A stretch of DNA of 63,114 nt, filler included, from Octopus bimaculoides (Eukaryota), in assembly GCF_001194135.2 (NCBI RefSeq). It is 3 parts of 3 records of this genome, joined end to end, with 100 filler letters (N's around TTAATTAATTAA, not from the genome) between each part and the next. Parts side by side here need not be neighbours in the genome. Positions count along the whole stretch, not along the records: positions 1 to 30,489 come from NC_068997.1; 2 more parts are not named here. One strand, 5' to 3'. Within the stretch, counting starts at the first letter, position 1, and every line of letters starts with the position of its first letter. A program made the position numbers and the translations under genes. Under the pieces are notes generated by a model. It did not search any database and was not told where the DNA came from. It saw only the letters and a list, made by a program, of their open reading frames with translations. This document shows positions 11,666-24,977 of this stretch, in pieces.

Positions 11666-12730
11666 TTTACACGGGCTATATTTCCCACTCACGCCAATTT
11701 CAAATTCATTACAAATTAGTACATTCTTCATCACCATCAAGTTCGTCATCAGATCGTCATGATGTTGGTTAGGGATTAAGTGGAGTAAAAATTTCCTGTT
11801 CTACATTTTTCTCCATAAGTATCAGACAGTAGAAAATTGCCTGCATTACTCGGGTAGAAGTAAGCGGCTGAACATCATGATGTACGCGGCTGATAATCCG
11901 ATACAGAGAAGGAATGCGTGGAACAAAAACTTTCCTCGTGTTTTCAACAACCCGGCAACCGTACCTGTATAATTTATCCCAAGCCGAAACTACCAAATCA
12001 AGAACTTTTAGAAGTTGCTGATAATATCCGAATCATTATAGCTCGATATAAAGCACTCAACTGCATTACCATTTGTGCTACAGGTAAAGCAATGAGGTAA
12101 AAAATAATATCTTTTGGGAACAATCTTTATACTTTCTCATAAAAGATTTGTTTATTGTTTATATCATGTAAATTTCCTATATAAAGTTAATCAACTGACG
12201 TTGGTAGTTGAAACTGACGAACGTTTGGTTAGAGTCGAAAACATCTCAACTACTGCATAAGTTGCCGGGTAGTGGAAAAATTATCTGTACATACATATAG
12301 GTAATGTCAAAAATATATATTCCTTTATGCATGCACTATGTTTAAACAGACGGACTGAAAATTATATAAATAAACAGATAGATAGTTGATAGCTGGATGT
12401 TGCTTGTATCATGGTTCAAGTTTTATATTTCAATGTCAGAAATTTTAATACCTTCAATGTCAGAAATGTTTAAATGCAATATGTGTTTAAATCTTTACAT
12501 TTAATATATATTTAGTCATCATCATTGATAACTATCTGGAATTAAATGAGCTTTTAAGTTTTCTCATGAATGAATAAGTTTTAACTTCATTGAATGCGCC
12601 ACTACAAGATCTCCAAATCGTTCCAATCTCATACTTTGAATTCCACACTTCCAATCTTATAGTTTGCATTTTTAAAAGTTGAAATCAAAATAAACATTTT
12701 TCTGTAACATCTGTGATAATAGAAGCTAAC

Positions 12731-12795
12731 CTGGGCAGGAAGAAGATGTTAAAATATTTCGCCCTCTGTTCACTTGCTTCTGATTCTTTAGAGAT
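12731..12795 (-). other. Possible 65-nt spliced exon of an unidentified transcript
   Basis: T-rich tract, CTTTCAG acceptor, CAG|GTTAGC donor, two open frames; no recognisable protein. Confidence 0.2.
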
Positions 12796-13463
12796 CTGAA
12801 AGTAGCGAATCTATCAATCTTGCATGAAAAAAAAAAGAATAAAAATAAAAAAGCAGCAACTATGTATGCAGATGATATCTTTATGAAGTCTTCTCAATTC
12901 TTTGCTACCTGTGTAACGACTTTTCACGTCCCTACCTTCCAGATCTGATTGACAGAAATTGATTTTTTTCCTTTATTAATCAAATTTACCTTATCAAGCA
13001 CCAATATAACCAAATCTAATTTTTTCCACAATATTTGGGGTTTTATTTTGTATTATTTTTATTAAATTTCTGTTTCAATTAATTCGTTTTTAATTTATTT
13101 TTACATTATCTTTCTCTCTGGCTTCCACTCTCAACCGTTGGTTTTACCTCCTCTTTTCTTTTTGCTTTCCTTTCAGTTATCAAGCAGAATTCTTCATCGA
13201 ATAAATTGCCTAGTAATTAAATTGCTGAATGCAAAATTTTGTTATCTACATCGATAATTAGTAATTTTCAATGAAATAATTGAAACTTGTTTGAAAACCC
13301 CCTGCGACCCACCACTCTCGGTTCGCAAGCTGCTTGTTTCTCTCGATCTATTCATATGATATGGCATTCAAAGCATATGAAGTTACTAAAAATGTTGATG
13401 TTTTTCTTTTTCTTTTTATTATCATTATTATTATTATTGTTGTTGTTGTTGTTGTTGTTGTTG

Positions 13464-13518
<55 letters not shown>

Positions 13519-14190
13519 CGAAGCAGCAACAGATACATTTCTATTTTATAGAGGTTTATCTTAATTCAGTCAACAAACAGTACTGCTTTCAGACTGAAGT
13601 AATATTATTACTTTATAAATGTGCAGCTGTCGTACAGTGGGTTTCATTCGGTTTCTAGTCATATTCTAATAAAAGGGCCAGAATATTTCAATTGTTAATT
13701 TAACACGCCGTTTTCATCTTGTTTGTTCACGTTTTGTTTAGATATAACTTCATGAAACCATGTATTTATATAAATGTCGTTCTATGTGCAATGGATGTGT
13801 GGTCATATTTAATAAAGCATATTGTGATTGTAGTTCTTTCTTGACATTTCATCTTCGGATTCTATGACATTCTGTATACACATTATACTGAAATAATTGT
13901 GTTGAAATGTGGGTATTGAATGGCGTGCAAGAGTTCTCAATACATTTCTGACATAATAAGAGAGAAGAAAAATAAACGTTGGTTACATTTTAATGTAAAA
14001 ACGCACGAAATGCTCAATTCAGTGATGCCGAGTAGATGATTAATATATTACCGGCATCCTATATAATATATCTTCTCGCAAAGTCTATCTACCCATCTCT
14101 GTCTCTGTCTCTCTGTCTCTGTCTCTCTGTCTCTCTCTGTCTCTCTCTTTCTCTCTTTCTCTCTCTATCTATCCATCTATCTATCTAGCC

Positions 14191-14245
<55 letters not shown>

Positions 14246-14570
14246 AGTCTATTTCTTTTCTTTTATCCTTTCTCTCGCTTTATATGTATATAAATATATC
14301 TGTACATCTTTGCATATATGTATATATGTATATATGAGTAAGATGTATATTTATGTGTATGTGTTTCTGCGTATATATTTATGAATGCACCAGTGATTAC
14401 GTACGTTTCCAATTTTTACACAGTAGGCATTCACTTTGATTCATTCTCCCGTCCACTACATACACACACACATGCACACACTCACATGCACACACACATA
14501 CATGCAGGCATATAAGATTATTATACATGCACAAACACGCACACTTATATCCATAACTACATACATACAT

Positions 14571-14605
<35 letters not shown>

Positions 14606-15000
14606 TACACATATATATATATATACATATATACATACATATATATATATATATGCACACATACACATATGAACGTTGAAATTAAATGGCTATTTACCGT
14701 TCGATCGTAGTTTACTTGTCAATAAAAAGAAACAAGGAATATATATTTTAAATTCAATTATATATTGATACGTACACACAGTCTTGTGCTTGTACATGTA
14801 CATACATACATTTATATATACACCTGACCTTGTACGACGGTGCATGCGCAGTGTATATGTTGAGTATATATATATTGTATATATGTTCTTGTATGTACAT
14901 ACACACATAAATCTATTTCTCTCTCTCTCCCTCCCACTCTCTCTCTCTCTCTATCTATCTACGTTTCTGCCTTTCTTTGTCTCACTCATGCATATGCATG

Positions 15001-15055
<55 letters not shown>

Positions 15056-16084
15056 GTTTATATACATGCATACACTTAAAAGTATATGTATATGGTATGC
15101 ATATATGCAAACACATACACACTCATGTGTGTGTACATCTACATACGTCCATAAAGGTATGCACATACATATGTACATTAGTACATGCATGAATTCATGC
15201 ATCCATGAATATACGCAGACATGCATCCATATATATATATATATTGACTGGTAGGTTATCGGGAATCTAGTGTAGCACATTCGTAAGAGTCTAAACGTTG
15301 TATTGGTCTCTCCTTTTCAAGTGTCATTTTAAGAAGAAAGTGAAGCTAACATAACAGTCACGGGAGCAATAATAGTTTCTGATTGACCCTAGAGAAGGTG
15401 ACATACGCTGCATCTGCTTATTAATGTTGGCATTCCTGTGTGATTTAAGAAGTTCGTACGACATCCACGTTGCTCCGAGTTCGAGTCTGCTCTGTGACTC
15501 ATTGAAAAGTGATTTCAAGAATACTTTCCTGTGCCGGGGTGAAAATTAAGTGTTTTATGCAAACATACATAGACATACGTATGTACATAAACAGACATGT
15601 ACATGCATGTGTGTATGGATATATGTATGTTCACATTTGGGACCGCGCCTTTCGCAGTCACATATCAATCAACGTCGAGAAAACTCTACGAAAGTTAACT
15701 TCAAGTTTGCTTGTCTCTTTGGTTTCAGGATTTCAATGTTCCTGTAACTATTAAACTTTGGACTATTATGTAGAACTAGTTTCTGAGGATTGGATGCTAA
15801 AACATGTTTTGAGGAAGGAAAACAGCAAAAAGGAAAAACATATATTCATTAACCAAAAAAGCATAGAATATTTTAAATGATTTTAAAAACAAGAGGTCCC
15901 TAAATTAGACGAACTATGAACATGCACAGAAAAACCTTAACACATGAAAACCGTTACTTGCAAAAGATGCCTCACTTCTATGGAACATTTCCGTCCAAAT
16001 TCACAGAAACATAAATGAAAAATAGGTCATTTATTATATTGAAGGATTTCAGACGAAAATCGTATCTCCTCATCGGTATAACTG

Positions 16085-16250
16085 TCCCAGTTGACATAAA
16101 TATATCTGTCAAGAATTACCAAACATTGAGAAGGCACAAGTCTTGAAATAGAAATTGGCAAAATGTGGAAACTCATGACTAAAACAATACCCGTGGCCGT
16201 AGGTACCATACGAATAATAGCAAAAGGGGCTAATTATTACCTATTTCAAA
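16085..16250 (+). mobile_element. Degenerate R4/Dong-like RLE fragment
   Basis: LEIEIGKMWKLMTKTIPVAVG resembles the 9181 fragment. Confidence 0.65.
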
Positions 16251-16261
16251 TCTTAGGGAGT

Positions 16262-16397
16262 CTCCAGTACTTGACTAGTATTTATGTCATCGTCCTCGAA
16301 AGAGTAAGAAGCAAAGTCGACCTCAGAACGTGAAGCCAGAAGAAATGTCATTAAACATTTTGTCCGGTGTGCTAACGATTCTGCCAGCTCACCGCCT
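16262..16397 (-). mobile_element. Family C SINE, partial
   Basis: CTAACGATTCTGCCAGCTCACCGCC head and GCAAAGTCGACCTC. Confidence 0.7.
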
Positions 16398-16523
16398 AAA
16401 TAAGAAGAGCAAAGGAAACAACAGCAGCAGTAGCAACAATAACTATAATAATATAGACGATGATGATGATGACGATTTCTAATTTTGGCACAAGTCCAGC
16501 AATTTAGAAAGGAAGTGGGGAAG

Positions 16524-16663
16524 TCGATTACGTTCTGAGTTCAAATTTCGCTGAACTTGCATTTTGGGGTAGACAAAATAAGCACCAGTTGAGTTATAGG
16601 GTCGATGTAGTCAAGCACCCTCCTCCCCACAAAATGCCAGGCTTTGTGCCTATAATAGAAGGG

Positions 16664-16672
<9 letters not shown>
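16524..16672 (+). mobile_element. Family C SINE, 5'-truncated
   Basis: TACGTTCTGAGTTCAAATT B box through tail GCTTTGTGCCTATAATAGAAGGGATTATT. Confidence 0.7.
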
Positions 16673-16735
<63 letters not shown>

Positions 16736-17289
16736 GAGTGAGAGAGCAGTGCATGCCATTAAAGTGATACGGGTAAAATACACGAAGCCCAGTATATCCA
16801 TCATGATTACCCGTCTGATAAGGGTACACCAGGCGCATGCATCACAATCACATGTGCGTGACATGGTGATCTCATATCAAGATAAACAGTGCATGACCTT
16901 GCAGGTGGGGCCTAGTTAAAATTTTCTTCAGGTCGTATAGGCCATCCCAATCAAAAGGTCCCTGAATAAGGTTTGTTTAAGGATGTTGAGCAAAACACCC
17001 ATGTTTCCAAAGGTGAATTATTCAAACCCCAAAGAATTCCTCTCAACACGTGGCTATGATGCTCCCCCTCTACTTCTGCTCGTGATCAGAGATGCACATG
17101 TCATCAGCCACTAAGGGACATGCTCAACTGGTTAAGGTCAAACAACTGACAAGCAAATCTGTGGTATTGAGCAGATTTTTTTGCTGTAGCCCATCTTTTT
17201 ATACCAAGACAAAACAATGTACATGATAACACTTCCAATCAATTAAGATCAGAAACCATGAGAGCGACTGCCTGGTACTGCATCCGGGC

Positions 17290-17293
<4 letters not shown>
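16736..17293 (-). mobile_element. (AAT)n-embedded non-coding element, copy 3 (full form, inverted)
   Basis: Reverse complement of copy 2, (ATT)n on both sides. Confidence 0.85.
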
Positions 17294-17374
<81 letters not shown>

Positions 17375-17964
17375 CTTTGGAGTTTGAGAATCTTCAGTAG
17401 AATATAAGCATTCTTTGTTATGTTATTGTGTAATGCTGGAAAACACATATCTAGCTGATGTTCTCTTTCAAGCTAATGTTTGGCCCCCGGTCACAGAAGA
17501 CAGAGCAAACTAGCTGAAGGTATTCTAGCCTTGATCATCCAATTTTTCTATATTTAATTTGTTCGCACTCTATGTGAAAAGCGTTCGTGATTTGTCTTTA
17601 TCCTATTTCAACGTTTCTACGTAACCTAATAACTGCCCTCTCTATATATCTGCATAAAGATTCCTCCCATTCACCAAATGTCAATAAATATATACCTATA
17701 GCATTATTTAAATGTACAAACTATCCTTCATCTGATGAAACACCTTTCACAGAGCAGTAGACAAGTACAAGTAGACACTCACGCATGTTCACTTGAAACA
17801 CAAAAGTGTGTACTCTTCATACAAGATTTAAAAAATAATTATTAACTACGGCAGAAACAGAAATATGATCTACTTTGATCCACCAAACAGAAGGATGGAG
17901 ATAATATTGATTTCCGGTCCCGGTATACTAAGTCCGAGCGTTGCTGACATCACACTTCACTTAC

Positions 17965-18029
17965 TTATGTTTTGCTTCAACAACTGGCAGAATATGCTGT
18001 GTCCAAATGCGTGATATTAACTTGAAACT
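17965..18029 (-). other. Possible 65-nt spliced exon of an unidentified transcript
   Basis: Pyrimidine tract and ATATCAG acceptor, GTAAGT donor, one open frame SFKLISRIWTQHILPVVEAKH; not recognised. Confidence 0.2.
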
Positions 18030-21000
18030 CTGATATGGAAGGACGGAGGATAATACATAATAAAATTCCTCGCAAAAATAGAAGATTAATCATGGAAGCC
18101 ATACAATACCAAAATAAACACGCAAACAACAAATAGATCAGAAAAGTAACATGTGATTTCTGGCGTGAAAACCTAACGGTCAAAGAATTTGACCGCAACA
18201 AAACATATTAACATGTTATTGCTGAGGTCAAAATTTTAATGTCAAAAAAACTTTTGGCGGAAACGTCTACATGAATTCGACCAATGTATATGAAGTATTG
18301 CAGACGCCAAATCTATTTCAAAACTTGAAAATGAAACTGTGGAGGTTTGGAAATATTGGATTTAGGAAATTTATTCTTCTAAATCAACTGCAAAAAAGGA
18401 TACAAAAATATGAAAAATTTAGAATGAAAGAAGTAAGCAAAGATGGACTTGAATAGTCTTATCTATAATAAAACACACGCACGCACGCACACACAAACTC
18501 ACACACACACATATATATGCATATACATATGTATGTATGCATTTACACACACATATATATATATTTATATATATATANNNNNNNNNNNNNNNNNNNNNNN
18601 NNNNNNNNNNNNNNNNNNNNNNNNNNNNNNNNNNNNNNNNNNNNNNNNNNNNNNNNNNNNNNNNNNNNNNNNNNNNNNNNNNNNNNNNNNNNNNNNNNNN
18701 NNNNNNNNNNNNNNNNNNNNNNNNNNNNNNNNNNNNNNNNNNNNNNNNNNNNNNNNNNNNNNNNNNNNNNNNNNNNNNNNNNNNNNNNNNNNNNNNNNNN
18801 NNNNNNNNNNNNNNNNNNNNNNNNNNNNNNNNNNNNNNNNNNNNNNNNNNNNNNNNNNNNNNNNNNNNNNNNNNNNNNNNNNNNNNNNNNNNNNNNNNNN
18901 NNNNNNNNNNNNNNNNNNNNNNNNNNNNNNNNNNNNNNNNNNNNNNNNNNNNNNNNNNNNNNNNNNNNNNNNNNNNNNNNNNNNNNNNNNNNNNNNNNNN
19001 NNNNNNNNNNNNNNNNNNNNNNNNNNNNNNNNNNNNNNNNNNNNNNNNNNNNNNNNNNNNNNNNNNNNNNNNNNNNNNNGAGCGATACTAAAGTCATATT
19101 TTAACGTTTTTTAAAGAAATTTATTCTATTTTCACCGTAACTCTTAAATTGATAGTTCATAGTACTTACCTAAACGACTGTAGGATCTATAATTTTTTTT
19201 TTAATATTTCAAGAGGTAGTGTTAGACTACTGAATTCAGACAAAAATATTTATTGGAAATACGTCTAAATAAAAATATGAGACTTTTGTGAAGCATTCTC
19301 ATTCGGTGTTATTTGTTTTGAGAGTATTGGATTCAAAAACATACACTAACAACCACCGACAATACGCGCCAAACTCATCACACATAATAAAAAGACAATT
19401 ACCCACATGTACAGACTTTTATGAATATTATTCCAAGATAAAAGTCGAAGAAATACTCATAGTCCTAAATATTATTATTCTACTTGTCGAAATTGGATAT
19501 AAAACATTACCTACAATATTATCTCCACGAATACATGTAAGTAGCCTCTCCTAATACATATAACCCAGATTTGATTCTATTTGAAATCTAGAATTCCATA
19601 GATATGTATATGTGGGGGGCATATGCTGTAAAAATCTTTATAATCATACAATTTGCCTAAATTTTATGATACAATATTTCTTAGAAATATAATTTTATTG
19701 TGTTAGTTGTAAGAGTTCCACCGTTTAATGATATATCTGACGTTAAAATTGCAACAAAAATCTTTTCGAAATCTCATAGACTTATATGCAAGAAAACATG
19801 CTTGCATACCAAAACTACATTGTAAAATCTAATTTGATATAAAATAAAATAAATGTAGTTGAAAAAAAAAAGAATTTTTGGAAACATAATAATTTTGGAA
19901 ATATTTCCAATTTTGTGTGGCTTTCATCGCTTCTCAGGCATAGAAACAAATGCAAAATTTGGATTTACTAGTTGAATAAAGATACCCGTTGTGTATTTGT
20001 GTATATGAAGTTCCCTAAGTAAAATTGCAGCGTCTTATAGATAACCCCTTATTATATCTCTGTCTTGCTTATTATGTGTTCATTAATTGTTGTAGATCAA
20101 AGTTTTCTCTCACCGAGTCGTCCTTTAAACTGATGACGAAATTACACAGGAGACGCGTGAAAACTCAATAATAGAAATAAAAATAAAACAAAGCAACACT
20201 AAATGTAAAAAAAATAAAAAAGCAATAACAATAACAAAAAATTGAATTGTTCAAGTAGTCGTTAGACGAATACAATAACGCTTTTTCTCAACCCATCTTT
20301 GAAGAATTTAAAAATTCTTTCAAATTAGAAAATCATCGTCGATATTTTTTCCTTCTTTTCTTCAAACTCGTTTCATGTGTTATATCCAAATTAGTAAATT
20401 ATAAAGTTCTGTTTTTATATTAATATCTTTATGAACTTTATGGATGTTCTTCGGTTTATTTTCTCATACCGCACTTGAGTAACTTCTAGTTGTTATATGA
20501 AATTTCTTTCCAAGACGTTCGTGCAACATATATTATTTGTGAATATGCTTAATGACTGCGTTCTTTATCATACAATTATATGTGAACAAGCCATATTTTC
20601 TCTACGTCCACTTTGAAGACCATTATTTATCACAATGATTTTATAACAATGAAATTAAATTCCTTTTGTTTCAATATTTTTTAAGAAACATATGAAATTA
20701 AAAATTTATTCGGGAAAGTTTAGATGATATCAAACCTGTATCTTTGCCATCACCCCTTGTTATTATTCAATGGTATTATTTACTATTGGCTATCAGTAGG
20801 AATTACGAAATACAATAGTCTAATTATGAACAAATTAAGTAATAACGTAAATATGCAGTTAACATTATTAAGTTTATTATGAAAGATAAACATTAATACA
20901 CTAAAGATACAAGCAATCTTTTAATACACTACAAATATTCACAATGTTTAATATAGTTCCGATTTAATACTTGTCGTGTTCTTCTAAATATTTTTAAAAT

Positions 21001-21736
21001 GTGGAAAATATATCGGCTCTTTGGAGAAGAAATATACTTTTGCAATGGAGGTTTCTTGTTTCTAAGCTCTCAAAATATTAATCAACATACTTCAATAATA
21101 TTTTGTTTAAATGAATGAAAGTATTAAATAAACAGAGTTCTTGCTTAGAGCGAATAATTTGAAGGCTTTCCAATTGTTTATATAAACATGTTTATTAGTC
21201 GGCATCCAAATAATTTTGCATCTCCGCAACAGAGAAATAAGTTTTTTCATCATTAGCGTTAGCATTTCGTTGGATTCGCGTGTGAGTTAGTAATAATTAT
21301 GTTGCAACACAAAGCAAGTGTACTGAATGCATTGTTTCATTATCAAACAATACTCCTCTAAATTCCATTCTGTACAGCTCTTATCCTTAACATTTTGGTT
21401 TCCATGATTCCATCTTCCGTGAAACACAGATTGAAAGTTTTCGGTTTCGATTCTCATTGCTAAATATTTACTCTACATCGCTAATACCTTTAGGAAAAAT
21501 AAAAGCGTCATTCTTCTGTTTTAGACTTGTATAAAATTTATTCTGTTTCAAAACATGCAGATGTATCTCTTTAATTCTATGCTTTCGGAAGGGGAAATGT
21601 ATATGTTCACCATTCTCAACAGAATTGGAATTCTAAATGATAGTAATATATTCCAACCACGGGTTGAAATTACGTCGCATTGTTATGCCTCCGGGAGCTT
21701 GCATACTTCTTTACGATGTTCAGCAACCTAATATCG

Positions 21737-21930
21737 GTTTCTAATTTTGGCAGAAGGCGAGTAATTTTAAGGGTGTGGGTAGGTCGATACTTCGACCTCA
21801 ATGCTCAGCTGATACTTATTCTATCGATCCTGAAAAGATGAAAGGGAAAATCGACCTCGGCGGAATTTGAAGCCATGTTGCAAGGTATTTCACTCGGCTC
21901 GCTAACGACACTGCCAGTTCGCCGCCTTAT
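21737..21930 (-). mobile_element. Family C SINE
   Basis: CTGCCAGTTCGCCGCC head and AAATCGACCTCGGCGGAATTTGAA. Confidence 0.7.
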
Positions 21931-21963
21931 TCGGCAATATAATATTCATTTACCATCTCCTAT

Positions 21964-22030
21964 CAGTGTTCCTTAACCGTTTTTCACTTTCGGCACACTT
22001 TTATATTCTTTTCAAAATTCGACGGCACAA
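21964..22030 (+). mobile_element. Possible hAT/Charlie-type transposon end
   Basis: CAGTGTTCCTTAACCGTTTTT...CGGCACAC resembles hAT termini; partner end not found. Confidence 0.3.
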
Positions 22031-22494
22031 CTGAACTAAAAATATAACACAATGTATAGAAGGTTTGTATAGAAGGTTTGTTAAACTTATTGGTTGGACA
22101 GGACGGTAGGAATATAGATAAATAGGTAGATAAGCTAGAAGGTGGATAGGTATATTTTTATTTTACTCGCTGAGTTAAAGGTATTAAAGGTAAGGAAAAT
22201 TGTTGATGAACCTTGCAGGTCAACACCAGCATATAAGATATGAAACGAGAAAACATTCCCGAGAGCAGATGATATGAGATATGCATGCCAGAGACAGTTG
22301 AAAGCTTTCCTGGTGTCTTGAGCAATAATATTCCCTTCACCGAGGTATTTTAGAACAAGATTTCACAGATAATATAAGGGAGCAGGTGTCCAGTAAACCT
22401 GGTATTGCGGAAGCTGAAATAGTGGCCACTGAGGGAAGAGAGAGAGGGAGAAAGAAAGAGAAAGAGAAAGAGAGACAGAGAGAGAGAGAGAGAC

Positions 22495-22543
<49 letters not shown>

Positions 22544-23199
22544 CAGAGAGAGAGACAGAGAGAGAGAGGGAGAGAGAGCGTAACTACGTGCAAACCACTT
22601 ACGGATCTTGAGACATTGTTTTTATTGTCATGTGGGAGATTGTGAAGAAGCATACCTAAAAAAAATTGCTTCATTCAACCTGTATGTAGATAAAGATTAT
22701 ACCTATGCATATATTAATCTATGTTTATGTTTTATTAACACGAAATATTTCAAGGTTAGAATTTGTCACAGGTATGATTGCAGAAAGAAGTGAAAATTGT
22801 ATCATCGTCACTGTTGAGAAAAATGACACTAAACGCTCAATAACAAAAGTAAAAGTAATGGCTTCAACACAAATATCGAAATTATCCAAATTACAGAAAC
22901 ATTATCCATTATCTTAAATGGATGGATTATCATACAAACATACCTAGATTCTCGCAAGCACTAATGGCTTCGTCTATCAGTTACACGTCACATTGCTTTG
23001 TCCTAGTTTTCCACCTACTTTCTCTGGCCATGGTTATGGTAGAGTCACAAATGGAAAATAAGTCTATACCATGTCAGGAATTGAGTGGTCTCCATCGCAG
23101 CTTCTTTTACGAAGTCGCACAGGAAAATCAATTAGGCATCTATCGAGGACGATATTATTTTACTATGGGAAAAAGAAAGTTTTAACGGATAAATACGCC

Positions 23200-23670
23200 T
23201 CTTTCCATGCCCTGCCACCCTTAACGAAATCATAAAACATAGCCTAGACGTCGCAGGCTTCCCTTTAGTCAGTGGAACTTAACCAAGGGGGCAGTTAAAG
23301 GCCTGATGGTTTGGCAGTTTTCGCGTTTCGTGGCAGTAGGCCCCTCATCTTGGATGTCACATGCCGTGACACCTTCTCCAGCGGTAACTTGGTGTGTTCA
23401 GCTAGCGGCCCAAACTCCGCCTCTTGTTAGGTTGAGAAAGGCAAAATGCCAAAGTATCGGTCGCTCTCTGATAGGTTTATGTTTGAACCTGTGGCAGTGG
23501 AGGCCTCCGGCGTTCTTGGTTCCGCACCATATCACTACTCATAGCTATCGGGGCGGAGATTGCTGTCCATAAGTGCGCCCCGTGCGTCAGGTTGACTGTT
23601 CCAGTGCATCTTTCTTGCCATCCTCCGGGGCAATGCCTTTTCCAGTGTATCTGCTGAGACCATAAGGCAG
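23200..23670 (+). mobile_element. CRE-clade-like non-LTR retrotransposon 3' fragment (RLE), degenerate
   Basis: ATLNEIIKHSLDVAGFP...RPDGLAVFAFRGSRPLILDVTCRDTF...KYRSLSDRFMFEPVAVEASGVLG..LAILRGNA, with stops and frameshifts. Confidence 0.75.
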
Positions 23671-23812
23671 CCTTATTGTTGCTCTTTCTACTATATCAAC
23701 TTTCACAGAAATGTACAATCGAGAGAATGTAAGAATTTCGTCGCTTGATTTCACAAATGTTTAAACAACAGTTGATTTCAAAGACATATCCGACAAAACG
23801 ACCATCAAAAGT

Positions 23813-24203
23813 GGCGCAGGAGTGGCTGTGTGGTAAGTAGCTTGCTTACCAACCACATGGTTCCGGGTTCAGTCTCATTGCGTGGCATCTTGGGCAAGTG
23901 TCTTCTACTATAGCCTCGGGCCGACCAAAGCCTTGTGAGTGGATTTGGTAGACGGAAACTGAAAGAAGCCCGTCGAATATATGTGTGTTTGTGTGTCTGT
24001 GTTTGTTCCCCCCCCCCACATCGCTTGACAACCGATGCTGGTGTGTTTACGTCCTCGTAACGTAGCGGTTCGACAAAAGGAGCCGATAGAATAAGTACTG
24101 TGCTTACAAAGAATAAGTCCTAGGGTCGATTTGCTCGACTAAAGGTGGTGCTCCAGCATGGCTGCAGTCAAATGACTGAAACAAGTGAAAGAGTAAAAGA
24201 GTA
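23813..24203 (+). mobile_element. Octopus OR-type SINE, near full length
   Basis: GGCGCAGGAGTGGCTGTGTGGTAAG A box, GGGTTCAGTC B box, CORE-like motif, (AAAAGAGT) tail. Confidence 0.9.
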
Positions 24204-24769
24204 GAAGTGATAATGGTGCTGGGCCCACCCGTTATTAAATAAATGGAGGACTGACAGAGTTCAATGATGCCGTATTATAATTTGTTATATTCAAACCGTT
24301 CACGACTTACACAACGCAAATGACATCGACAGTATATAGCGGGGGAAAAAAAGCATGGCAGGTAGTGTTAAATTGGAATCGGTTGGAGTGAGAATAACAT
24401 TAAATTGAAGAACAAATAAGTAAAGGTTCCATAAGACAAGCGAAAGGATTTGTAATGGTGATCAAGGCTTATTGTTTGTGGTGCAGATGTTGGAAGAATA
24501 TTGATAAGAACAACAATAGCAACTGTTGTCATGGGAGATTGTTTATTGTTGCTGTTTAGCGCCAGGCCAGAACTATGGACAAAGGGGCTCCAACTTGAAC
24601 CATACCATCATGTTTATGAAAAGCTGTAAACGGATAAATCGCCCGTTATATCCTACGTTCTTTTTTTTTTTTTAGTATGATGGACCAGAGGGGGTTTTGT
24701 TGCTCTTTCTAGCATATCAGCTTTCACTTAAATATACAATCGATGGTGGCAGATAACAGTGATGTTGAG

Positions 24770-24933
24770 AGCTGCAGTAGTAGTAGTAGTAGTAGTAGAT
24801 GCTGTTGTTGTTGTTGCTGTTGTAGTAGTGCTTCTGGTTATGACAGTAATTAGTGTAACTCAAGTGACGGCAGTTCTGATTGTGGTAATTGTTTCTGGCT
24901 GAAACAGTGGCGACTAAAACAGCAGTACGAACG

Positions 24934-24977
<44 letters not shown>

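Noticed and set aside
20125-20170. CTGATGA...GAAA as a hammerhead
   Set aside because: No usable stem II, stem III or stem I pairing.
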